10,200 nucleotides of DNA, taken from contig JAGLRQ010000013.1 of NCBI GenBank assembly GCA_023136205.1, positions 1 to 10,200 on the forward strand, given 5' to 3'. Positions 1 through 6,665 of the stretch are shown piece by piece. This DNA is from Candidatus Auribacterota bacterium (GTDB lineage: Bacteria > Auribacterota > UBA6266). Positions within the stretch are counted from its first letter, which is position 1; each line of letters starts with the position of its first letter. The notes beneath the pieces were generated by a model that was not told where the DNA came from, did no database searches, and saw only the letters and a list, made by a program, of their open reading frames with translations. Both the position numbers and the translations under genes were made by a program.

Positions 1-441
1 AGCCGGAAGAAGCTTGAAACCGAAAGGAAGGAAAAGGTCAAACGGCAGAAAGAGTTAGAAAAGCAGAAAAAGAAGGAAGCGCTTAAACGCCGGAAAGAAA
101 TCAAAGCCGAGAAGAAAGAAGAGGTCAATCAGAAGGAACTGGAAAAGAAAACGCGGCAAGAAGAAATTAATCGTCAGAAAAAGCTTGAAACCGAAAAGAA
201 AGAGAAAGAGCGCTGTAAAAAATTAGCCCGTGAAGAAGTAGAAACCAAGAAAAAAGTTGTTTCTCTACTGTCTGAAGCGCGGTCTTTATATAAGAAAAAA
301 GAATATATCCAGGCTAAAGCGAAATACCGGGATGTTTTAAAACTGGATAAAAAGAATAAAACCGCATTACGTTACCTTGTAATCATACCTACAAAGATCA
401 AGGAATCTAAAATGATTCAAGAAACAGAGAAAAGATTTTAA
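1..441 (+). CDS. C-terminal fragment (146 codons, 5' end outside the window) of a Lys/Glu-rich coiled-coil protein ending in a TPR-like helix pair
   Basis: Frame +1 is open from base 1 to TAA at 439-441. It is missing from the supplied track because it has no in-window start. The translation begins SRKKLETERKEKVKRQKELEKQKKKEALKRRKEIKAEKKEE and has the extreme K/E/R/Q bias typical of coiled coils. An exact 16-nt in-frame repeat, aagcttgaaaccgaaa, occurs at 10-25 and 181-196 (KLETE). The C-terminal segment SEARSLYKKKEYIQAKAKYRDVLKLDKKNKTALRYL resembles a single TPR repeat. Confidence 0.6.
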   Translation, partial: SRKKLETERKEKVKRQKELEKQKKKEALKRRKEIKAEKKEEVNQKELEKKTRQEEINRQKKLETEKKEKERCKKLAREEVETKKKVVSLLSEARSLYKKKEYIQAKAKYRDVLKLDKKNKTALRYLVIIPTKIKESKMIQETEKRF

Positions 442-518
442 AGAGGATCTGCGAAACCTTCTGGGTTTTTGAAGAGCAGTGGAAGTAAAGAGAAAAAAAG
501 GGAATCTGAATTATAAAT

Positions 519-593
519 TGGGGTGACTAACGGGATTTGAACCCGCTCTAAGAGAACCACAGTCTCTTGTGCTGCCATTACACTATAGCCACC
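519..593 (-). tRNA. tRNA-His (anticodon GTG) with genomically encoded G-1 and 3' CCA
   Basis: The reverse complement reads G-GTGGCTA-TA-GTGT-AATGGCA-GCAC-A-AGAGA-CTGTGGT-TCTCT-TAGA-GCGGG-TTCAAAT-CCCGT-TAGTCAC-C-CCA. The 7-bp acceptor stem, D arm, 5-bp anticodon stem and T arm with TTCAAAT loop all pair. The anticodon loop CT-GTG-GT gives His. The extra 5' G opposite discriminator C73 is the bacterial tRNA-His hallmark. Confidence 0.93.
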
Positions 594-698
594 ACCGATT
601 TACTTATCTAATATAAAACGACGATTTCTACGAAGCCATTCTGAACTTTAAACATCAGGGATTCCCGCCGCATTTACCACTGAAAAACAACGCTGAAT

Positions 699-726
699 AA
701 TATAATAATAAAGCTTTAAGTGTCAA
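699..726 (-). promoter_or_regulatory. Candidate sigma70-type promoter reading toward tRNA-His (TTGACA-16-TATATT on the minus strand)
   Basis: Plus-strand TGTCAA at 721-726 is the -35 TTGACA. Plus-strand AATATA at 699-704 is the -10 TATATT. The spacer is 16 nt. The predicted start near 690 would give a leader of roughly 97 nt before the tRNA 5' end at 593. This is a motif match only. Confidence 0.4.
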
Positions 727-810
727 CAGAAGTTTGCTCAAAATTGTAATTGGTGAGTTAACCCTAACATGATTCATAATTCACGAAATACGGATTGGTT
801 TTTAGTTTCC

Positions 811-839
811 TTGACTTATATATCTCTTTAAGCTATCAT
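811..839 (+). promoter_or_regulatory. Candidate sigma70-type promoter for the GH94 gene (TTGACT-17-TATCAT)
   Basis: TTGACT lies at 811-816 and TATCAT at 834-839, separated by a 17-nt spacer. The predicted start near 846 gives a 5' UTR of about 75 nt. The SD sequence AGGAG at 909-913 sits 7 nt before the ATG at 921. Confidence 0.45.
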
Positions 840-920
840 TTGCGAAGTTTCTCTAGCGTAGAGACTTATGGAATTATTTAGGTAAAACGATATAACATAT
901 TGCAGCACAGGAGTTAGCGT

Positions 921-3293
921 ATGAAAATTAAGAATAAGTACGGTTGTTTTAGTCCAGATGGCTGGGAGTATATAATTGAGCGGCCGGATACTCCAAGACC
1001 TTGGGTCAACGTTATTTGCAACGAAACATACGGGTTTACCGTTTCACAGACAGGCGGCGGGTACAGCTGGGCATATAATTCCAATCTAAACAGGTTAACC
1101 AGATGGGAACAGGATCTTATAAAGGATAACAGCGGTAAATATCTTTATATCAGGGATGAAGATACCGGTGATTTTTGGTCAGCGGCCTGGAAACCTACTT
1201 GTACAACATATGATTATTATCAGTGTGTTCACGGAGTGGGATACTCAGTCTTCAAAATGGAAAAGAGCTTATTGTATTCCGAAATGAGTATGTTTGTTCC
1301 CCTAAAAGATGATTGTGAAATCTGGATTGTGAAATTACATAATAAATCAGACAAAAAAAGGACTGTGAATTTATTCTCATATCTTGAATGGTTAAACGGA
1401 TCCTGGCCGGATTCACACAGGGAATTCCATAAGGTATTTCAGGAGACCAGGTTCAATAATGCCAGTAAAATTCTTACAATTAGGAAGCGTCTGGGCGGGG
1501 TATCCGACACAGAGCCGCCGTGGAACACAACCTGGCCGTATGTAGGTTACCATACTTCTTCTGTTGTTTCCGGATATGAAGGTGATAAAGAAGAATTTTT
1601 AGGCATGTACGGGGATCTTATGTCTCCAAAAGCTGTTAAGGAAGGCCGTCTTTCCAAAACCATAGGTAAATGGAATGATTCCATAGGTTCAATCAGGTCA
1701 AAAGTAGAGCTTAAACCCGATGAAACCAAAGAAGTTGTATTTATCCTTGGTATGGAGAAAAGTGAGCATGAAATCAGCAAGACGGTAAGGAAGTATATTA
1801 CCCCCGCAAAAGCTTATAAAGCTTTGAATGCTGTTCGTGATTCCTGGAAGAAACTTATGAGTGGTGTGGAAATAAAGACCCCTGATGAAAACATGAATGT
1901 TCTAACTAATATATGGATGAAATATCAGACTATATCCGCGAGGATTCAGGGGCGTGCCGCGTATTATCAGTCAAGCGGTGCCTACGGTTATAGAGATCAG
2001 CTTCAGGACAGTCAGATATTTCTTCCGCTTAATCCTGATAAAACAAAAGAAAGAATTCTTGATCACGCTCGCCATCAGTTTAGCGATGGAACAGTTTATC
2101 ACTGGTGGAATACCCTTTCAGATAAAGGGCCTAAATCTGAATTTTCTGATGACCTGCTCTGGCTTCCGTTTATAATAGTTAATTATCTTAAAGAAACAGT
2201 TGATTTCCCTATCCTTAAAGAAATGGAACCTTTTGTTGATAAGGGAAGGGCAAGTCTGTATGAGCACTGCAAAAGAGCCATAGCGAAAAGCCTTTCAAGG
2301 CGGAGCAAAAGAGGCTTGCCTCTTATAGGAGAAGGTGACTGGAATGACGGGTTGAGCTCATGCGGCGATAAATGGAAAGGCGAGTCCATTTGGATGGGTC
2401 ATTTTCTATACGGGATTCTTAATGAATTTGTTCACCTTGCAAAAGTTATGAAGGATAAAAAGACGGCCGATATGTGTATTAGAGAGGCGAGAAAATTGAA
2501 AAAGGCTGTGAATCTGTATGGTTGGGATGGCAGATGGTTCTGGCGTGCAACGACCGATAGCCGTCATGTTCTAGGGAGTTCAGCTGAGAAGAGCGGCAAG
2601 ATATTTCTTAACGCTCAGACCTGGGCTATTATCAACGGAGTAGTAGATGACCCCAAAAGAATAAAATCAATGCTGTCTTCTATGGAGAAAAACCTTTACA
2701 AAGAGTATGGGCCTATTCTTTTCCACCCCGCCTATGATGTTCCTAATCCGAAGATAGGTTACCTGACAAGATATGCTCCGGGAATGAGGGAAAATGGGGG
2801 ATTATATACTCACGCGGGAGTATGGGCAATACAGGCGGAGTGTGTAGCCCGCAGGCCGGATGTTGCTTACAGATTATACTCAAGTTTTAACCCGATAAAG
2901 CGCAGTACGCAAGCTCCCGACCTTTATAAATGTGAACCTTATGTGACTGCGGGTAATGTTGACGGCCCTGATTCACCTAATTTTGGAAGGGGAGGCTGGA
3001 CTTGGTATACGGGTTCTGCCGCATGGTATTACCGAATTGCCTGTGAATGGATACTTGGAGTAAGGCCGACTTACGATGGTTTAATAATTGACCCGTGTAT
3101 CCCTTCAACTTGGAGACACTTTGAAATGTCCAGAAAGTTTAGGGGAGCCACATATCACATAAGGGTAAGAAATCCCAAAGGGAGTTACAAGGGCGTTAGA
3201 AGTATTATTGTTGACGGTAAAGAAATATCAGGGAATATGATAAAACCTTTTAAGGACAAGAAGAAACACGAAGTTCTTGTTGTCCTTATTTAA
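921..3293 (+). CDS. Glycoside hydrolase family 94 phosphorylase (cellobiose / chitobiose / cellobionic-acid phosphorylase family; substrate not assignable)
   Basis: The 790-aa ORF has a strong SD. It shows end-to-end resemblance to GH94 enzymes as I recall them: N-terminal YIIERPDTPRPW; YLYIRDEDTGDFWSAAWKP; YGYRDQLQDS; GLPLIGEGDWNDG (DWND at nt 2337-2348, the motif that carries the catalytic Asp in characterised members); YAPGMRENGGLYTHAGVW; EPYV...WYTGSAAWYYRIACEWILGVRPTYDGLIIDPCIP; RGATYHIRVRNP; and a C-terminal VDGKEISGN block. Confidence 0.92.
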   Translation: MKIKNKYGCFSPDGWEYIIERPDTPRPWVNVICNETYGFTVSQTGGGYSWAYNSNLNRLTRWEQDLIKDNSGKYLYIRDEDTGDFWSAAWKPTCTTYDYYQCVHGVGYSVFKMEKSLLYSEMSMFVPLKDDCEIWIVKLHNKSDKKRTVNLFSYLEWLNGSWPDSHREFHKVFQETRFNNASKILTIRKRLGGVSDTEPPWNTTWPYVGYHTSSVVSGYEGDKEEFLGMYGDLMSPKAVKEGRLSKTIGKWNDSIGSIRSKVELKPDETKEVVFILGMEKSEHEISKTVRKYITPAKAYKALNAVRDSWKKLMSGVEIKTPDENMNVLTNIWMKYQTISARIQGRAAYYQSSGAYGYRDQLQDSQIFLPLNPDKTKERILDHARHQFSDGTVYHWWNTLSDKGPKSEFSDDLLWLPFIIVNYLKETVDFPILKEMEPFVDKGRASLYEHCKRAIAKSLSRRSKRGLPLIGEGDWNDGLSSCGDKWKGESIWMGHFLYGILNEFVHLAKVMKDKKTADMCIREARKLKKAVNLYGWDGRWFWRATTDSRHVLGSSAEKSGKIFLNAQTWAIINGVVDDPKRIKSMLSSMEKNLYKEYGPILFHPAYDVPNPKIGYLTRYAPGMRENGGLYTHAGVWAIQAECVARRPDVAYRLYSSFNPIKRSTQAPDLYKCEPYVTAGNVDGPDSPNFGRGGWTWYTGSAAWYYRIACEWILGVRPTYDGLIIDPCIPSTWRHFEMSRKFRGATYHIRVRNPKGSYKGVRSIIVDGKEISGNMIKPFKDKKKHEVLVVLI

Positions 3294-4033
3294 GTAACCG
3301 GGATTTCTTCAGGCAGTATTTTTCCGTTAGTAGCTACAACGTTAAATGTATTTTCAGTGATTTCACGGGTGCTGATTTTGCCGCCGGATTCTTGAAGTAT
3401 TACTGTACCTGCTGCGATATCCCAGCTCATGATTCCATATTCGAAATAAAGTTCGAATCTTCCGGCAGCTACCCAGCATAAATCCAGTGCCGCGGCGCCC
3501 ATGATTCTTACCTTTTTTACCTTGAGTACCAAATCCTTGAAAAAACCGAGGCCTTGTTTAATAGTTTCTTCAGATTTCATAAATCCGCATATCATGAAAG
3601 AATCTTCTAAGCTTTTTACATTACTTGTATATATTCTTTTATTGTTTAAATAGGCGCCTTTGCCTTTTTCAGCGTGGAATAACTCGTCTTTAAGAGGATC
3701 AAAAACCACTCCGAGAATATGTTCACCGCCTTTAACCAGAGCTATTGATGTACAGAATTGAGGAATACCCTTCGCAAAATTTGCTGTTCCGTCCAGTGGA
3801 TCTATAATCCATGTGTAATCGGATTTATTTTTAGTCTGCCCGCTTTCTTCAGCTAGAATAGAGTGTTCGGGAAAATTAGATTTTATAATATCAATAATTA
3901 CTTTTTCACATTCTTTATCAAGCGCGAGTTTTGTATCATATCTTACCTCGCTGTCAATTTTTAATTCCTTGCCGAAAGTGTTAAGCATAAGTTTTCCGGC
4001 TTCTCTAGCCGCTTTGATTGCTGTCTGCAGCAT
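3290..4033 (-). CDS. suhB: Inositol monophosphatase family protein (SuhB/IMPase-like)
   Basis: The 247-aa ORF has a GAGGA SD upstream of the ATG (plus-strand CAT at 4031-4033). It carries the IMPase signatures LAEESG, WIIDPLDGTANF (nt 3776-3811) and SWDIAAG. Length and motif order fit the Li+-sensitive phosphatase fold family. Confidence 0.88.
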   Translation of the reverse strand: MLQTAIKAAREAGKLMLNTFGKELKIDSEVRYDTKLALDKECEKVIIDIIKSNFPEHSILAEESGQTKNKSDYTWIIDPLDGTANFAKGIPQFCTSIALVKGGEHILGVVFDPLKDELFHAEKGKGAYLNNKRIYTSNVKSLEDSFMICGFMKSEETIKQGLGFFKDLVLKVKKVRIMGAAALDLCWVAAGRFELYFEYGIMSWDIAAGTVILQESGGKISTREITENTFNVVATNGKILPEEIPVT

Positions 4034-4121
4034 ATTTTCCTCTTTTCTTTTTTTTATTAGATAGTAAACTAATTGTATATAAATATATTAAATTTAGCTT
4101 AAAGTCAATCAGAATAGGAAA

Positions 4122-4466
4122 ATGAAATACTCAGACGTTGCAGAATACATGGGTGAATCCGCTATTAATTACATGAAGTCAGTAATTAAGGAAGCAGACG
4201 GGAATGAGGTGTTTTTTATCTGTAAAATTGATGAGAACCTCATGATAACTGATGCCGACGAAGTTGCAAGGGGCAACAAGTCCGCGGTGCCGGCAATACT
4301 TCATATTCTTGAAGCGGGGGATATTGTCGTCCATAATCATCCGACAGGAGATCTGACGCCTTCAGATGTCGATTTGAACATTGCGTCTTCCATAGGGCAG
4401 GCCGGAAACGGTTTTTACATAGTGGATAATCAATTGGCCAAAGTAAATGTTGTGGTAAAAGCGTTT
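4122..4466 (+). other. N-terminal RadC-like JAB/MPN (JAMM) metal-binding domain of the DinG-like protein
   Basis: Aa 1-115 contain E29 (GNEVFFI) and an exact JAMM motif H71-x-H73-x7-S81-x2-D84 (VVHNHPTGDLTPSDVD, nt 4332-4373). The HNHP[ST]G...PS..D form is characteristic of RadC-type JAB domains. It is followed by GFYIVDNQ, comparable to the RadC LDHxII segment. Confidence 0.7.
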
Positions 4467-6662
4467 CTTCCTGAAAAACTGTGCCCTCTGAACAAAAAGA
4501 AACTTGAAGAATATTTTATGGAAAATGGCAGTATTGCCGCGGGACTTGAAGGTTACGAATACAGGAAAGAACAGGTTGATATGTTAGGTTTTGTTGCGGA
4601 TTGTTTTAATAGGAATAAAATTGGCATAGTCGAAGCGGGGACTGGAACAGGCAAGTCGTTTTCATATCTGCTTCCTTCAATACTCTGGAGCCTGGTTAAT
4701 AAAGAAAAAGTTATAATTTCCACAAATACGATTAATCTTCAGGAACAGCTCTTTTATAAGGATATTCCACAGCTGCGGAAAATGACAGGTATTGACTTTA
4801 AATGGTGTCTGATAAAAGGCAGGGCAAACTATGTTTGTCTGAGAAAGGTTGAGAGTGTAAAGAGGGAACTGAACTTTTTAAATAAGAACGAGCAGGAGTT
4901 TTTGGAGGAAATAATTCAGTGGGTAGGGAATACACCTGAAGGCAGCAAATCAGAGTTGGAATATATCCCAAAAGAGAATGTATGGGAGATGGTGCGGTGT
5001 GATGCCGATCAGTGTACGAGGGTTAAATGTAGTTATTTCAGCAGGTGTTTTTTTTATAAAGCAAGGAAGAAAGCTTCTTATTCAAATATTGTTATAGCCA
5101 ACCATCACATAGTGATGACAGATATTATCTTAAGAAAGATTACGGAAAATTATACAACTTCAGCGATATTACCTCATTTCCAGAGGATAATCTTTGACGA
5201 AGCTCACCATCTCGAGGATGTGGCAACTTCAAACATGGGAATGGAGATTTCCAGGTTCCGGTTATCTAAAATATTTTCAAGGATTCTTAAAGGAAGGAAA
5301 AAAGGTAAAAAATCAGGGCTTCTTCCTTTTATTGAAAAGTTGATTTATTCTTCCAGAAAAATACCTCAGGATAAAAAACATCTGGTTTTACGGGAACTCG
5401 GGGATGAGGTTATTCCGGCTCTGTCAGAGTTGCAACAAGAAGCAGATCCGCTTTTTAAGGAAATCGAAAAGGTTTTTACGGGTTTTCTTAAGCCCTCTTC
5501 CGAAAATACCAAGTTCCGTATAACTTTTGATATTAAAAACAGTGATTTCTGGATGAATTCCGCTATTCCACTGATAAAAGAACTTTGCGGCTGTTGTGTC
5601 AGGGCGGGAGGCCGGTTAAAAGAGTTTTTGGGCCTGCTGGATAAAGAAGATTTTCTTAAATCTGACAGAATTAAATCTCCAGTTATCGAGTTAAGGTCAA
5701 TTATTATGAGGTTCGAAAGTGTTGCAAGAGACTTTGGCTTTTTTATTGAAAACGAAGATGAACATTGCAGGTGGGTGGAATTTAAAAAAGGAGGAAAATC
5801 CGGGCCGTATGTTAAACTCGGCACTTCTCCTGTTATTGTAGCAAAGGAACTTAAAGAGTTTCTATACGGGAGATATAAAACCATACTTATGACATCGGCT
5901 ACACTCTCTATTGAAAAAGATTTTTCATTTATAAAAAACAGAACAGGATTGGACCTTGTAGAAAAACCCAGGGTAAAAGGCCTGGTTCTTGAATCCCCCT
6001 TTAATTACGAACAACAGGCCTTTGTCGGGATTCCTAAAAGAATTGCCGAACCGGGAACTGCCGGCTATGTAGATATGTTAAAAGAGATGATATTTGAATC
6101 TATTAAAATTTCGAAGGGAAGATCATTGGTGCTTTTTACTTCATATTATACGCTTGAGACGGTGTGGGCCCTTCTTAAAGGTAAAATTGAAAAAATGGGA
6201 TATACTGTTTTAAAACAGGGGGAACTTAACAGGTATAAACTGCTTGAGAGGTTTAAGAGAGATTCAGGGTCAGTTTTGCTTGCGACCGAAAGTTTTTGGG
6301 AAGGCATAGATGTAAAAGGTGATTCTCTCAAACTGCTTATAATTACCAGGCTTCCTTTTAAGGTTCCTACCGAGCCTGTTCAGGTTGCGAGAGCGGAATA
6401 CATAGAAATGAGTGGAGGTAACCCTTTCCGTGAATACAGCTTGCCTCAGGCCGTGATAAAGTTCAAACAGGGCTTTGGCAGGCTTATAAGGCATAGTAAT
6501 GATACCGGGGCTATTTTAGTTCTTGACCAGAGAATTCTTTTAAAAAGTTACGGAAAAAGCTTTATAAGATCGCTTCCTCCCTCGAAAATAGTATCTGATT
6601 TATCAGAAGGTATCTTAATGAAAATGAAAAAGTTTTTTATGTTTGTTGAAAAAGGAGAATAA
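4122..6662 (+). CDS. dinG: DinG/XPD(Rad3)-family ATP-dependent Fe-S DNA helicase with an N-terminal RadC-like JAB/MPN domain
   Basis: This is an 846-aa ORF. Helicase motifs are Walker A EAGTGTGKS (aa 171-179, nt 4632-4658), DEAH box FDEAHHLED (DEAH at nt 5196-5207), motif V-like LLATESFWEGID and motif VI QGFGRLIR (aa 783-790). A Cys cluster comprises C239, C293, C298, C303 and C309 (nt 4836-5048). The C298-x4-C303-x5-C309 spacing matches what I recall for the E. coli DinG 4Fe-4S ligands. An in-frame TAG at 4095-4097 rules out an upstream start. The SD (AGGA at 4116-4119) is unusually close to the ATG. Confidence 0.88.
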   Translation: MKYSDVAEYMGESAINYMKSVIKEADGNEVFFICKIDENLMITDADEVARGNKSAVPAILHILEAGDIVVHNHPTGDLTPSDVDLNIASSIGQAGNGFYIVDNQLAKVNVVVKAFLPEKLCPLNKKKLEEYFMENGSIAAGLEGYEYRKEQVDMLGFVADCFNRNKIGIVEAGTGTGKSFSYLLPSILWSLVNKEKVIISTNTINLQEQLFYKDIPQLRKMTGIDFKWCLIKGRANYVCLRKVESVKRELNFLNKNEQEFLEEIIQWVGNTPEGSKSELEYIPKENVWEMVRCDADQCTRVKCSYFSRCFFYKARKKASYSNIVIANHHIVMTDIILRKITENYTTSAILPHFQRIIFDEAHHLEDVATSNMGMEISRFRLSKIFSRILKGRKKGKKSGLLPFIEKLIYSSRKIPQDKKHLVLRELGDEVIPALSELQQEADPLFKEIEKVFTGFLKPSSENTKFRITFDIKNSDFWMNSAIPLIKELCGCCVRAGGRLKEFLGLLDKEDFLKSDRIKSPVIELRSIIMRFESVARDFGFFIENEDEHCRWVEFKKGGKSGPYVKLGTSPVIVAKELKEFLYGRYKTILMTSATLSIEKDFSFIKNRTGLDLVEKPRVKGLVLESPFNYEQQAFVGIPKRIAEPGTAGYVDMLKEMIFESIKISKGRSLVLFTSYYTLETVWALLKGKIEKMGYTVLKQGELNRYKLLERFKRDSGSVLLATESFWEGIDVKGDSLKLLIITRLPFKVPTEPVQVARAEYIEMSGGNPFREYSLPQAVIKFKQGFGRLIRHSNDTGAILVLDQRILLKSYGKSFIRSLPPSKIVSDLSEGILMKMKKFFMFVEKGE

Positions 6663-6665
6663 TAA

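Noticed and set aside
454-470. AAACC/GGTTT hairpin followed by Ts after the first ORF as a terminator
   Set aside because: The stem is only 5 bp with two GC pairs, and most of the T-run is consumed by the stem. It is too weak to call.
854-861. The 8-mer tagcgtag is shared between the GH94 leader (854-861) and the 8194-8201 spacer hairpin
   Set aside because: A single 8-mer recurrence in 10 kb is within chance expectation, and there is no extended similarity around it.
5366-5884. 172-aa ORF antisense to the dinG-like gene
   Set aside because: It lies wholly inside a well-supported helicase CDS on the opposite strand. Its translation is low-complexity (S/L/P-rich) with no recognisable motif and no SD. 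This is typical of a shadow ORF.
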